DNA of 64,000 bases from Chrysomallon squamiferum (lineage: Eukaryota; Animalia; Mollusca): the NCBI GenBank assembly GCA_012295275.1, contig CM022673.1, forward strand, positions 4,774,001 to 4,838,000, written 5' to 3'. The notes below the pieces were generated by a model, which was not told where the DNA came from, ran no database searches, and worked only from the letters and a program-made list of their open reading frames with translations. The position numbers were made by a program, and so were the translations under genes. This document shows, piece by piece, positions 41,549 through 56,919 of this stretch (positions within the stretch are counted from its first letter, which is position 1; the number at the start of each line of letters is the position of its first letter).

Positions 41549-42585
41549 TACAGTTTCAGTCATTAGTATTATCTGATTCGACACCATTTTGTGATTATTT
41601 TGGCTAAAAACAAGCATTATGTGAGATAATTTGGATTGTTAGGATATATAAGACTACAGTAAAAGTCTTTGGATTTAATATCTTGCATAAAGCTTCAAAT
41701 GTCTGTACAATAATATTAGATAATTAAAATTCCAATTAATTTTATTATTAGGTATTTTACCAAATTTCTGTTTGTTAATGTTTTCTCACACACCAACAGA
41801 TTTCTCTTTTTCATAATACCACACATTTTATCTGTTGTTGTTATTTAATATATTTAATTGTAACAGCTATTTTTAATATTTGATATAATTATTACAAAAA
41901 ACTAAAAGAGAAAAAAGAACCAACAAAAAAACCCCACTAAAACTAAAAGAAAAAAGAACAACAATATTAATAATTATAAAAGAAAATTAAAGCTACATTT
42001 GATTAAAAAAAAAAAAAAAAAAAATTCTTATGATTATTATTGCTTTGTTTCCATTTTCATTAAAAAAATAAAAAAATAAAAAATATTAAAAAAATAAATA
42101 AACAAACAAATAAATGTACTGGCAAGCTTCTGAACATTAATTAACAACAAAACCACTAAGGACGGATCTCTATAACTGAAAACACAATAATTTCACTGTC
42201 CCATCAAGTCAATTCATTTTAACATGATTTCCAATTGACAACAGTAGCTGAACCTTGAACTTAAGTACCAACAGACCGTTATACACCTCAACAGCTTCAT
42301 TAGTTAATCTTATTAATATTCTTATTAGTGTTATATTATATCATAAAGAATTCCACGGTCTGAAAGCTATACATTCCTGACTGTAATGAAGATGTATATG
42401 AAAGCCAACAAAAAAGAGTAGTTTAGTCTAATTTTATTGGACTGTCTTAAGAATGCGATTCAAGATGGCACTGTAATCCATAATGTAGCTAAGAACAGCT
42501 AACAGTCACAAAGAATTTGATTTTATATATCAACAGAAAGCCTATGATTTTCTTGCAAGTTAAGAAATGGATTAATGGCTGTCCT

Positions 42586-42950
42586 ATTAACATGATTATA
42601 GAAAGGAAAGAAAAAAAGGAAAAAGGAAAAAAAGCCAAACGTCTTTAAAATCTAATAATCAAAATAAAATATGTAGGTTAAATAAATACAGACATTCCCT
42701 CATGTATACACTCATTAACATGATTAAAAAAAAGAAAAAAAAAGAAGAAGAAAAGAAACTTCTTTAAAATCTAATAATCAAAATAAAATTTGTTTGTTAA
42801 ATAAAAACAGACATTCCCTCATGTATATACTCATTAATGTTATTATAGAAAGAAAAAAAAAAGGAAAACAAAAGAAGAAGAAAATAGAAATGTCTTTAAA
42901 ACCTAATATCAATATAAAATATATTAGTTAAATATATACAGACATTCCCT
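42586..42950. repeat. ~125-bp tandem repeat x3
   Basis: Recurrent tctttaaaatctaataatcaaaataaaat...gttaaataaatacagacattcccctcatgtata with variable A-rich spacers. Confidence 0.85.
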
Positions 42951-43348
42951 GATATATATCTATAGATCTTGCTTATATAAATAGTTACTTATGATTAGGT
43001 TCCCTGGAGTATTTAAGTAAACAGTTAATATTGCTGTCTTTGTGACCTGTTGGTAAGATATACTCTGACATTTTTTCTGACATATTTAGGGCCTTGCAAA
43101 ACAATCAACCTACTTTAAGACATAAGTATTTCTATGTTTTCATGACACACATGTGGTATACACCTAAGTTTAGTTAATTACAGTAACAATTCCAGTTCTG
43201 GACAGTGCTCTGTGAATACCTAGATCATTAGATATCTGAACAATATATTTGTTAATAAATCCCCCGAGTATGCTCTGTAAGTTTTATTTATGTCACCATT
43301 AACAAGATTAACTATTTTCAGAATTATACATAGATATCTACAAAAAGC

Positions 43349-43600
43349 ATATATATATATATATATATATACATACATCATATGTACACCACACACACAT
43401 ACACATACATGCATACATACACACAAGTATACATGCACATATATATATATACACACACACACACATAAATATATATATTAACACACACTTATGTATGTAC
43501 ATACATATATATGTATATATGAAAATTATAAACCCCCACATACACACACTAACATCCATATACAAACATATATACATATATGCATATATACACACTTACA
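43349..43600. repeat. Degenerate (AT)/(AC)/(ACAT) microsatellite field
   Basis: Direct reading. Confidence 0.88.
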
Positions 43601-44658
43601 TACACCCATGCATACAACCACAGAAACACACACTTGCATATACAGTTACATTCAAGTGATTCTCAAATCGATGGTACTTGATGCCAAGGGGAGGAATTTC
43701 ATTCACAGAAGAATCTTCAATAATGAACTGTGTGCACCATGCATCCTTGATTTGTTCCTTGGTTTTCTTGTTTAGTTTCTCTAACTGCAGGCAAAAATGG
43801 GAATTAAATCGAATGAAATAACAACAGAAAAAAAGTCTTACAAGGTTTCATTATTATACTCTTTTTTGTCTTCTTTTGATGACACTTTTCAAAAACATAT
43901 TTGGCATTATTTGAAAGTTTTATGATTCACTGAAATTATTATTTTATATATTTTTTTTATCATTTTACTGCTGTTAATAAAGTAATTTATTTCCAGAAAT
44001 ATTTTCAGTAATTGCCACTGTAAAGTATAACGGTGAAAAAAATATTAGTCTGAAAAACATATCAAAATGGTGAGGAGTTGCAGATACCTGAATACAGAAG
44101 TACTGGAGTACTGAAATGAGATCAATATTCATTAGCAAAATAGGTTATTTTCCCAATCTAGCCAGTGATCGTCAGTTGGCAGACAGTTTATGTGTATGTT
44201 TTTATCATATTAAATAAACTCTGGGAATTGTTAGTCCACAGAGCAGCAGTATTAATGGTATCATTTGAATGAGCTGAGATGATTCTGAGAATTTTTTTAT
44301 TGATGTCAACACACACACACACATAAATCCAGATGACAAAAACAATTCTATCTTTTCATCATCAGAAATGTTTACTATCAATATTAATGAAATAAATATA
44401 TATTTTTTTAATTAAAAACTGACAGCATTGTTTTTATTACAACATTTTTATACAAATAAAAACAATAAGATTTATAAATCGTAAGTGAAATTTTTTTGCG
44501 AAATTTCAGCATGTGCACTATCTGTATCTCTGCAAAATTTCAAATCAGTTGTGAGCATTGTGAAACACATTTTGAAAAATTTCAAATATTATCTGCTGCA
44601 TTGACATCCGGATGGGTTCTTTTTTTAATCAGCTTAATCACTGGTCTTTTGGTGATAG

Positions 44659-44698
<40 letters not shown>

Positions 44699-47600
44699 AA
44701 ACCTCATGTTAAGAAATCCACAGATGTCAAATCTGGAGAATAGGAAGGGAAAGGTCAAAATATGAAAACTATATAAAAAAAAAAAATTATAAAAATTAAG
44801 TAATGGAAAAAAAAAAAAAAAAAAAAAAAAAAAATTAGAAATTAATATATTTTCAACACATGTTAAAGAAGATAAACATAAATAACAATTGAGTTTTTTT
44901 TTTTTTTTTTTTTAAATGTCCAATTTCACTGAAATAGACACTTATTTCTGCGACATGTTGAGTTTTTCATAGAAACAAAAGCAAAGATAATTTTTTTTTT
45001 TTTTTTTTTTTTTTAATACATGGCATAGAAACTAAATGTTCCAGAAAAGCAAACACATTTCTAAATTAAACCTTGACAGCACATCACATCTTGCTAATAA
45101 TGAAAGACAAATACTTGGCAAATCCCTGGATTAACAGTATCAACAGCTACTGTACTTTGCGACTGGAAATGCAAACAGAACACAAATACAAGTTATTTCC
45201 TAGTGGGAAATCCTTGATAAAGATAAAAAAAAATATAAAATGTGCTTAATCTAAGTGGTGAATTGTAACCATAACAGTTTTCTTTTAAAAGACACAAACA
45301 TTCTAAATGTTAATGTTAAGTAAAACTGACTAACTGAAAAAAAGTATTAGCAAACATGCCATAATTTCTGCATATCTGTCAACTTTGTTTTAAATTTAAG
45401 TAATGCACGAGTACACAAAAATGAAAGAAAACGGCAGCCTCCATAACCTCTCTGGATATGTTAATATGATATTTTATTCACTAAACAAAATGAAACAATA
45501 ACTTCAAAACCAAAAACAAAATGTGTGTGAAAAATGAGAGATAACCATTAAAGTTTTCTTTTAAAATGTAATGAGCATTTTAAATGTTAATGGAAGAATT
45601 AGGACTACATGAATAAATTACTAGTTAAATAATCACAGTCAAAATAAAATAATGTAACTTTCTAATTTCCCTTTTAGGAACAATTATAATGAAAGTAAAA
45701 TAGATTCAGTGAATAAATGATAATCAAAATAACCATTATTTCTTTCTGCCTATCAAGTCTGTTTATATGTCTATGTAAAAGTCTTGATATGAGCATAAAC
45801 AAATTTGAAAAATAATAAAAAAGTAAAGGCAGTTCCCAATACTTCTTTATGGATTTGTTATTTGATTTATAAGCTAAAATAAGACAACATGGCTATGTAC
45901 AGAATTCAGTTTGTTAAGAATGGCTCCTTGCAGTATCATGATTGCAGCTCTCTGAAATTAATGAAATAATAATAGATGACTTTATTTTGTTCTTCTAAAG
46001 CCATGAATATCTTAAAAGTTATGAAACAGAAAACAATCTAGACTGAAATGAATATACTTTTAGTAACACTACCATTGTTTCTGTAAATCTGTCTGGTCTG
46101 TTTAAATGAAAGAAGTAAGATTACGAAGGTAAAATGTCAGCTTCTGTGTTTTGATTGTGAATTTGTTATTATACTGACATATTCTGTTTCTTAACTAAAT
46201 GGTCCAGCATGCATAGATAATTTGTTCTGTATTAAGAAACATAATCTGTAAAAAACCAGTTCTGAAAACAAATCATCATAACAGATAGAAAAAACACATA
46301 TTGACAATAACACACACACACACGCACAGTTGCCATGTACACATACATACACATGCAAAATGTCATTATCATCATTGCCTTTCAGTGCAGAAAAATACAG
46401 AATACTTTCTCTAAAAGGAGAAATGGTTAATCCAGTCAGTAAATGGTATAGAAAAGGATAAAAGAAATTTGCCTTATATGACAATAACAACAATAAACAA
46501 GAAAAAAAAAAAAAGGAAAAAGAAATCATTTCTTTCATATTTAAACACTCAATTATAAAACAGAAATATTGTCATAATAAAAAACTGGAGCTCATCTGTG
46601 ATTCCTCAGATCTGTGTTCCTTAAGAAAATAATAGTTTATTAGAGGAGAGACAACTGTCATTCATTCTGTCTGTCTGTATTCTGTTTTGCATGTGTCACA
46701 ATCACTATTATAACAATAACAATCATATTATCATTAATGAGACTGAATGTATCAAATACTTCTGTTTAAAAATTTCTTATTCTAGCTATTTTCTTTTTTT
46801 TTTTTTATTTTTTTTTTTATTTCATTTTACCTTTTTTCTTTGGTCTGTTGATGAACTATTTAATATGGACAATGCCATGTTGTATTAATTTAGCCAGTAA
46901 AGAATCTTGCTCGTTTCTTGCACATACAATAAGCACATAACATTCATCAGAGCAATCCTTTGATGTCCAGTGTAACAAAATTAGCCTTTAATGGAGTGTT
47001 TAAAGCGATTAGCATGCAGCAAGTGGACTGTGATGCTGTGGAAATATGTTGTTTGCAAAGAAACAGCTTGTTTAAGAACTGAACACTAAAAAGAATAACA
47101 AAAACAAACAAAAACAACTAAGATTATTCCCTTCTAACTATCTGTATAAACAAACATATATAAGTGTGTGTGTGTGTGTAACTGTTTATTATAGGAGTAA
47201 TTGTAACAGTAGTAGCAGTAGTAGTGTAATGGTAGTATCTATAACAGTAGTAGTATTGTGGTAATAGAAGTAGCTGCAGTAGCTGTGCTACTTGTAATAG
47301 TTGTGGTATAGTGGTAATGCTTGTAGGTATGGTAGCAGAAGTAGTAATGTAGTAATAAAAGTAGCATTAGGTAGAACAACAGAAGTATGTAAAAGTAGAA
47401 GGTTGTATATAGTGATGGTAGTTCTGGTAGTTCTGGTAGTAGTAGTTATTGTAGTAACAGAAGCAGCAGATATAAAACAGCGATTGTTATTACCATGTTT
47501 ACAGGTTGGCATACTGATTAAATTCAATAACAGTTTCAAACAGAGAGCAGAAACCAATTTCCTTTATATACAAATTACTTAATCAGTGATAAGAATTTGA

Positions 47601-48255
47601 TACCTATTCTGGAGAAAGAGATTAAAAAAAAAGAAGAAATTGAAACAAATCTGACTGTTATTGCAGTCATTTTCATGTCAGAAAAAAAATAAAAAATAAA
47701 AAATAAAAAACTAGAAAAAGAAAGAAAATAAATGGCTTTTGCATTAATTTTCTGCCATGACACGTCATGCTTCATTAGGCCACACTGGATATTACTCGGG
47801 TTTTGGAAAACACTGACACAGTCTAAATGTCTTTCTGTTATTGTAACAGAACCACATACAAAAGGTACAACGAAGCAAAAATGATTAATTAATAAAAAGG
47901 AAAATGCTTTCACCTTTTACTAAATTTGCCTGCTAAAATAAAAATGTCCATGGGTTTGAGCAATTGATTTGTGGTTACTTTATGAAATATTAAATTATAT
48001 TAAAAAATTTATGACTTTTTCTCTTGAAGGAAGTTTGATAATTTCCTTTTTTTCTACCAGCAGCTGGCACTTCAAGTTTAGTGTAATATAGAGGCAGAAA
48101 AAACAAAAAAGAAAAGGTTTGAAATATATTAAGAAGAAGAAAAAGATTTAAGTGTATTTACACACACATGGTTAAATAGGTAGGTAGACAAGTGGATGGG
48201 TAGGAATATTGGTGATACACTTATGTACATTTGTGTGTATGTATGTATGTATATA

Positions 48256-48290
<35 letters not shown>

Positions 48291-49902
48291 ATGTATGTTC
48301 TATTATATATGTGTATAGTTTAGATTTTGAATATTCTCTGTCTTATGTGCATCTGAATAGACTCTGCACATATATGTATGTATGTATGTATCTATTATAT
48401 ATGTATGTATGTATGTAAGTATGCATATAAGTAGGTAGGGTAGATAAATAAGCAGATATATCTGATTTTACAGTAATCATTATAAACCATCGCAATCACA
48501 ATTTTTTTTTAAATTTTAAATTTTTTTTTTTTTTTAAATTAGCTCCATCACCATATCTGAATTGCACAGACTTTTTATTTATTTTATTTATTTTTTTAGC
48601 ACTATATTTATTTTACCTGTAGGAATAACATCAGACTAACCTAAAAGCATGACATTAAACTTTACAACCACTGGGCTATGTGACAGTGTTAGTGTTTCAT
48701 TCAGAATCAGTTTTATTCCACGCTTACCACTTAATGCCACATTTTATCTGTATCGTTGGTAGGCGGACAGCAGCATTGACTTGTTTTTAATGACAAATTT
48801 ATTTCAAAGTGATGTGTACTGAAACTAAAACAATCTGAGTACAATATAACATTTATGTACACATTCTGCACTGTTGTTATTGTAGGTAAAATTATTTGTA
48901 AAATTCTTCTCAGCTGATTATATTCTTCATGGGACTGAATTGCAGAGGGCATTTGCTTTAGTCGTGATGGAGTTGTGGATCTATCTTTTTCAAGATGTAC
49001 AGTGACCTAATTCCCATTCCAAACTGAGTCTCCTAAATAAAATACACAAGAACTACCACAGCAAGTGCTGTGTTGATTAACACATATCCACTCAAAGAAT
49101 CATTTTAGTTGGGTTTTTTTTTTTCTCTCTTGTGAAATGTCTAGTAATGAACAGGAAGCTGAGATAGCTCATTTTAGATATTATCCTGAATGAAAATTTT
49201 ACGAGGAAGATGAATCATTAAAAATTTAAAACATATTTACTTTTTGTGGCTTTTGTACCAATGGTTAAAGTGAGTGCACCCAGTGGAGGGCATTGGCAGA
49301 AAATGAGCTAAGGGAGTTAAAAAGTTCTCCAAGTGAAGAACTTATTGTTGTTGGTTTTTATTTCATAAACCCAAAATTATGTTTAAACATTAAGCAAGTC
49401 TTAAAATCCCATAATTTCTATGGCTTTACATTATAAAATGATAAGCTTATGTACTATAACAAATAGAAATTCATGTCATAAAAAAACTATATATAATGGT
49501 TGGAACAGGATAATGTGCTTATTCAAATATGTATACAAGAACTGTCAAGCACAGGATATGTTTTGAACAGACAAAATTGACTTACAGATTTACTCACATT
49601 TTTTCAAGCAGCAGCAATGGATATTGTGAATTTACTTTTTCAGAGGTAGGATATTATATAGAATAGTATTTAGTAAAACAGCTGTGGTTGGAACAGAATT
49701 AAATCTAATATTTTCAAAGGTACACACACACACACACACACACATCCATGGAATAACAGATAGATTTATGGAATTACTTACTTTCAATCATTTCAACATC
49801 ATATACTTAACAACATTTACACAAAAACAATCTTTTTCTTAGTTCAGAATAACACAATAACACAAGCATCTTCTAATACAAAAAACCCCAGCAAATACTC
49901 AC

Positions 49903-50015
49903 GATTTATGAAGAGAAGAAACACACTCTTTTTCATTGAATAGTTGGCATTAGAAACAAAACCATGAACTTTAAAAGAGAGTTTGCTGTCTTCATGTGTC
50001 ACTTCCAGGAGTTCT
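49903..50015 (-). CDS. MLH1: MLH1 exon (human exon 9 equivalent)
   Basis: tttcag|AGAACTC...ATAAATC|gtgagt; 113 nt; (R)[37 protein letters not shown](H). Lies within track ORF 49844..50167. Confidence 0.96.
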
Positions 50016-50667
50016 CTGAAATAAAGTGGAAAAAAAAAAAAAAAAAAAAGGAAATATATTTTTTTTAATTCCTCAACTGACAGTTTTATGTAAAGATAGA
50101 TTTTGAAAGGTTTCATGTATTTCACAACACAGTGATTAATAACAAACTTCATGTCCTTTTTTTGCAATTCAAATCAGTAAATAAATGAAGGAATTTGTCA
50201 GCATTTTTTGAAACATTTTATTAATCTCTTTAATACCTTTAGAGTTCTCCTGTACCTATAGTGATTGATTCTGAACTCGTAATATTCTGAATTTTAATAT
50301 AATCTCCTGTGTTATCAAAAAGTCAAGTACAATGTCTGGGTGTCTCTGCTTTTACAATGGTTCAAGATGTTTCTGTTAGATGGCTATAACCACATTCGTA
50401 GTGAGCATGTTAATGATTATTAGAAAGAATATAGCTTTTTAATACACCCTCCCTTAATCAGGAAAGGATTATGAAAAAAAATACAACTTTTTAACATATC
50501 TTCCCATGGTTAATTTCAACATATCTTCCCATAGTCTACATAGAATTACTATTATTATTATTATTATTACTATTATTATTTTGCCCAAACAGTTGTTATA
50601 GATTACAATGATCTGCAATGCCAAGGATCTGAACTCTCTAACATACAAATCAAGCTGCATATCACAA

Positions 50668-50793
50668 ATGAAAATAAACTAATATATCTGTAACAAACAA
50701 AAACATTACTAAGAATATAAATAAATGAAAAATTAACTAATATATCTATGACAAAGAAAAACATTAATAAGAATATAAATATATGAAAAATTA
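50668..50793. repeat. ~58-bp tandem duplication
   Basis: atgaaaa(a)t(a/t)aactaatatatct...aaaaacatta(c/a)taagaatataaata occurs twice, plus a partial copy. Confidence 0.75.
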
Positions 50794-51697
50794 AAAGTGT
50801 TTAGAACTTTTTAAAGAAAATGAATTTAAAACAGTCAAAATCAGTTAATAACATTCCTGGTAGATAATTCTTTATATAAGTTTTACACTACATTCTTTGT
50901 ATCAGAAGCAAAAACTGTTAATAATAATAAAAAATATATATATAATAATAATAATAATAAAATGTCCATATTATAATTATCAAAAACATTATTTTGTAGG
51001 TGACCCAGTTTTGATTTTTGATTTATTTTCTTAAATTTTCTTCTTATTATTATTTTATTACTAAATATTCTCTTTTGCTTTTTCTTTTTTCTTTTTCAGA
51101 TGATGCAGTCAATAATTTAAACTAATTTTTTTTAAATTACTTTTCCATTTTGTTACTGTTGCCAAGAAATAATATATTAAAATTATATTAAAAAGGAGTA
51201 GGAAAAAAATAATAAAAATAAAATAAAAAATAAAGATTGAAAAGGTAGTAAAATAAAAACAAAATCAGATTACAAAATAATAATGAAAAGTTGAAGAAAC
51301 GACTCCAGATTTTTATGTTATGGATTGTGATTTATAACAGCAGTTCTGTGAATACAACACCAGTTCCTTTTTTCCTTTTTATTTTTATGTTTTCTTTTTG
51401 TCCAAGAACAAGGACAATGACACTGTCATAGTGAAATCTAAATTGCTGTTTAAATACAGAAAAAAAAAAAAAAAAAAAAAAAAAATAGAACACATGTCAT
51501 GCTGCCAGGAAGGTCACCTTTTTTGCAAACACATTATTTCTTTAAAAGAAGACAAAGAAAAAGAGAAATATGAAAAGAGAAAATCCAGTTCTAGGGTATC
51601 AGTGTTATTAAGTGTTTTTTTTTTTAAATTTCAGTATGCTTTTTAATACATACATGTATGAAAAAAACAACCAATGAGTGTGTGTGTATGTGTGTGA

Positions 51698-51698
<1 letters not shown>

Positions 51699-51751
<53 letters not shown>
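51699..51751. repeat. (GT)n microsatellite
   Basis: Direct reading. Confidence 0.95.
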
Positions 51752-51760
<9 letters not shown>

Positions 51761-53692
51761 TTTCTTGAAAAAGAAATGATTATAAGAAATGAATCCTGTC
51801 AGCAGAGAGGCAGGCTACTTCAGTTGATTAGCTGTAAAACTACATTAAAAAAAACAGTTCATGAACAGTGGTTGGAACTGGAAATAGTGATTAGTTCTGA
51901 ATAATTATATTACACATTCATCATTAAGATGAAAGCGTCCTTTAACATGTCTCTCTCATTCTGTCCACCAAACATTAACCAATTCCATTTACATTTCATT
52001 ACTTCACCATCTTGCTGTGGCTGAAGTGTTAAAAATTATTTGGCTAAAATTAACAGACAAATTTTACATTAGCCACATTAATTCTGTCTTTCAGCCTTTC
52101 CGTCTCTTACAAATAAATACAAAATATACACAGATTCTATTTCAATTTGTATTTGGTCTGGTAGGGAAGAGCTGGTTTCCACAAGATATAACATTTTCCA
52201 GACCAAATTATACAAAATTACTTTGGTCTCTCTTTTCAGTGTATTTCTGTTTCTTTCCCCCATGCCTTTAATCTCAAATATATATAAATTCATTTTACAC
52301 TAATACTGATGTCTTGGGTGAGTGTTGGAGAGTTATTTTATGACTGTTAAAAGTGCTGATGTCAAGGATGTTATTTTCTACACAATAATGCTTCTCATTT
52401 TATCTTTAATTTCTTTGTACTTCTCTATTTCCTTCGTCTGTCACTCTATCCTTCCTTGTCTCTAACCCAGTCTCTCTTTCTCTCTTTCCTATTCCATTCA
52501 TTTGCAATCAATATCCAACACTGTTGGAAACATGGAGCCATAAAATAAGCCTCATCAGCTACAAGTATCAAGACTACAATTTATTTTTCTCTCTTCCTTC
52601 CTCTTTCACTCTGACATTTCCTTCCTTCCTTCCTCCTATCACTCCTCCACATCCTTCCTGTGAAATAAGCATAAATTCTGATCACATCCAAATTCAACAT
52701 CTGTTACTGTTTTAACATGGCCACAAAATTAACTGGTAACAGTTACTTTGATGATGCCTTCTGGACTGGTTATATATACTGTATATCTGTCTCCTCCACA
52801 GACTCTATAGAACTAAACGTACTGTCAATTCCTATTGGAAATACTGAACCTTAAAGCTAATCCACAGTGGCCACAATGGTGTCATTTTCAACACAAATTA
52901 CAATCAAATTCACTGAACTCACTGTCTGGATTTCTCACTTTTATTTGCTGTCTATCTTTTTCTTGCTGATCACCCTCTGGCACAGTCCAAATGTGTTATT
53001 ATGGCTTACTATTAAATTAGCTAACAGTGACCAGTTCTGTTTTCAGGACAAATAACCAACACACAGATTGTGCTTCCTCTCTGTCTTTCAAATATGTTGT
53101 TTTAACTGGATGTTTTCTTAACAGGAACTCCTTTGTTTTGGTTTCCCTCTCTCATTTTTCTTTCCATATCTCCCCATACCTTCTTTTATTTTTTTTTCTC
53201 TTTATGTTTCTTTTCTTTTCAATCCCTTCCTCTTCATCTTTCTCTCTTTCTGTCTCTTTCTCTCTCATGCACAGGTTCTGAACTTTGCCTCCTGTTATTT
53301 TTTTTTATCTCCATTTTCCTACTCTTTCTTTTTTTACATTTTCCTTCCGTTATTTTTAATTTCTGACAAAAAAAAAAAAAAGAAAAAAAAAAAGGCTCAT
53401 AATGGGCTGGCTGGCAAAAGTACATAATCATTAATTACAGCATTTCAGAGACCTTGGCTTCTGGCCCAGAGTGTCTTGAACCTATGTGTGGGTGTCAATC
53501 TCTGCAGTATTTGTCACTAAAATTAACAGTTTCAGCATTTAATGATGGTGGCAAAAATCAGAGGATATCGTTCTGTTGATTATTACAGAAAGGCTATGAC
53601 CACCTGACCATTATTCAAAGATTTTTGAAAGCAAATGTTATTTTAGAACACAGCAATTTTGTGAATATGTTTTAACTTAAATATTACAGTGT

Positions 53693-53693
<1 letters not shown>

Positions 53694-53742
<49 letters not shown>
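53694..53742. repeat. (GT)n microsatellite
   Basis: Direct reading. Confidence 0.95.
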
Positions 53743-53746
<4 letters not shown>

Positions 53747-56700
53747 TAGCCAATTTTGAATAGAGGGTTTGTTGGTTGGTCTTGATAAAGCAAGAATTAT
53801 ATATTTAAAGAAATAGCATTATATATAAAAGTTGTTTATATAGTTTTTGTTTATCTGTTAATACTGATTCCCACTGCAGCCTGGGTTTCATGAATAATTT
53901 ATTAAAGGCTTCACTATGTTCATTTCCATGAGTAGGTGCTTATAAAATAAACTTTTCTGCTAAATGGTAAGAGTAACTCATGATGTGTTATTTCATTTAC
54001 ATTATCATTATAACAGCCATGTACAAGAATATTAACTTATAATAAAGGTCAATATATTAAAATATAATGTAGTGTTATTAAGCCTATAACCTATATTTAG
54101 CATAGCTCTTCACATCCTTGAGTGGCTTTGATCACACATTTTTTTAATGAAACAAAACATTCATTCATTCATTAACAATAACAAGCTGTATATACTGCTT
54201 TTAACTGCACAAAGATCCTTGCAGAGCATGTACTTTAACCAACATGAAGAATAACTGACAGAATACATTAAAGAACTCACCAGTGTTACAGATTTTTTTT
54301 TTTTTTCCATCTTAATTTGGTGGAATTACAAGAAGATTATTTGATTAAAGATGTGACAGATTTTCTAAAGCTCCAGAAAAACAAAATGTCAGTGTGACGT
54401 TAATAATCAAAGGTTAGTCAGAGTCATCCACACCATTTATTTATAATCAAGTTTAAAATTACAGGAGATCACAGCGATTTTATGAGAAATCTGGAACATA
54501 AAAACAGGTCAATTAAAATGTCCATGTGCAATGTTTATGGGAGGAATGTCCTCTAAAATGACCATTATAATGACCAGTGACCTTGTGAGAAGCTTTAGTC
54601 ACAGAATTATTAGAATCTTTGGTTACTATATCAGATGTTCACCGGTCCAATAAAATTCTGGAAATCAGGTACTAAAAATAGTTCATTTTTTTTCTGTAAG
54701 AAGATGATATCTCATTTTGATAGTGAAAGGTAATATATTTGCAATATGTTATATATATCTTATAAGAGAAAAATTACAATTATTTACAATAGGTATAAAG
54801 ATCTTTGGGTTTTGTTTGTTGTTGTTTTGTTACTATTGTTTTATTAATAAATTCATGTTCACTTATGGCTCATACAAGCTTTTCATGGGTTCATGCCTTT
54901 GACTTTTATCTGATATATCTGTATTCAAGAAATCTAAACAGAATTACAGCTCTGTATTTATTACGCTATGTCATATTTGTGAAGTGAAAAGTACAGCATT
55001 AAGATAATTGTTATTTATAGTAATTTCATCTGCATATGCATGGCATGGCTTTGTTTATGTCATCTCAGAAACATGAAACAGTAATTTATAATCTGTATCA
55101 TCTGATCAGAGGTAAATCCAGATAAACAAAACTGATTTGACAGCAGTTTGAGTCTTAATGGTAGAGTGCTCATTTGAAGCATGTTTTGGAACAGATAAAT
55201 CATCTAGCCATAAACAAATAAATAAATAACTAATGATATCAGGCCAAAGTGTATCCTGTGTGGATGTCAGTTTGGGGTTCTTAAGAATATCTCTATGCCC
55301 TAATGATAGTCTTTTCAATTTGCTTCTGTAATTATTAATGTCATGGATCTACGTAGTTCTTTGGCATATTTTTATCTACTGGAGATCCTTTTTCAGGCAT
55401 GCTAGATCCACAATAGCCAAATGCTAAGGAGGATCCAAGCATTTCACTGAGTCTTTATTTATGAACTGGAGCTTCATTACAAACTTGCATTGATCTGCAA
55501 CTGTTATGTATGTTCAAGGAATGTACAATCCTCTGAAAAAAGCATGTCAAAAATTATCCACTGCAAACAAGACAAATTCTTTAGGATTCTTTAAGCTATT
55601 TTCATTCTTAGCTGCTACAGATCTGATGAATGTAGGATTAATTTAATTCTTTAACAAGTCTTGACCAACATTCAAGAACTAGTATATGAAATACTGTCAT
55701 ATATATTTTCTGTTCATGGGAAGGTTTACATAATAACTGTTAGGAGTCACCTGTAGTGTGATGTACATCACTTCATTTATTATTACAGAAGTATTTCTAA
55801 AATCTAATTGGTCTTAAAGTTAAAATATTTTCCAAACCTTTATTTATTTATATATAAAAAAATAAAAATCATTCATTTAATCTAGAATCTAACCTATAAC
55901 ATTAGTTTCACCATTCCCTCCTCTAAATTAAACAGTGAGAAAATAAAAGAAATAGTTTAACTTAATAAAAATGAAAAAAACTTTTAACATCTAGTGGTTA
56001 GATTTTAACAGCGTATTATTGGACCACTTAACATTAACTTTTCAGTTAAAATAATAAATAGCTTATACTTTAAGTAATAACTGCAGAAATGTTTCTGACT
56101 TATCTATCACATGTTATTTAAATAACTGCTTGAAATAAAATGATATATCTGTTTTAAAAGATTATTTGATCACTATAGTTTTACTACATATCTGAATCCT
56201 CTACTGTCATCTTTTGATCAGTTTTCTTTTTCTTTTAACAAGCAGTAACAAATTACTTGAAATATTAAATTTTGCTTTCAAATTCTTTAGCTCAGCTTCA
56301 GGCACTGTCAATAGATTTCTAATGCCGTTGCCACAAGCAAACTTCAATCTGCTAAAGCATTCATGACTCTTTTTTTTAAATGTTTTTTAAAAGGATGGTA
56401 TAATAAGGAAAAAAAAGAGTACCAATTAGTCCTAAGAAACAAGAGTCAAATTTATTTGTGCGTGTATGGGTGCAGCAAATGTTAAAGCCTAGCTGAGGAG
56501 GATACAGTTGTTATTACTTGATCAAACAGTTCAAGGTTTATCCAAATCATAACACAAAATCATCCTGTTGATTAAGCCAGCACTAGTCTCTGTTTATTTA
56601 AAGCCGATCATTGTTTGAGTTAAAATACATTAAAATTTTCTAATATTTATAGAGAAAACAGACACATATTTATAGCTGCTAAATATAAATGTATGTGTGG

Positions 56701-56919
56701 GTATGCATAGATGAGAATGAATTTTTTATTTTTTTTTGACACTGATAAAGAAAGCATCTGTTTGGATATGTGTGACATGTCAGTACATTTCATCCTTTCT
56801 TTGCTTCATTTCTCAGTATAAACTGTAATAAACGTAATTACATTCTAACAGATTTTAATTTTTTTTTAAAGGTTGAATCATCATTAAGGGAGAAGTCTGC
56901 TGCAGATGATAAAAAGAAG

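Noticed and set aside
44230-44640. Motifs reminiscent of DNA-transposon internals (tatcatttgaatgagctg, tgcaaaatttcaa)
   Set aside because: I could not define termini or a TSD, so it is too weak to call.
49844-50167. 107-aa ORF (and 20318..20611) as standalone genes
   Set aside because: Only the internal parts are MLH1 exons; the rest is intron read-through.
54635-54668. Possible ATG-containing plus-strand exon extending the GPCR N-terminus
   Set aside because: Its phase-1 end spliced to 56872 gives an immediate stop, and the splice signals are weak.
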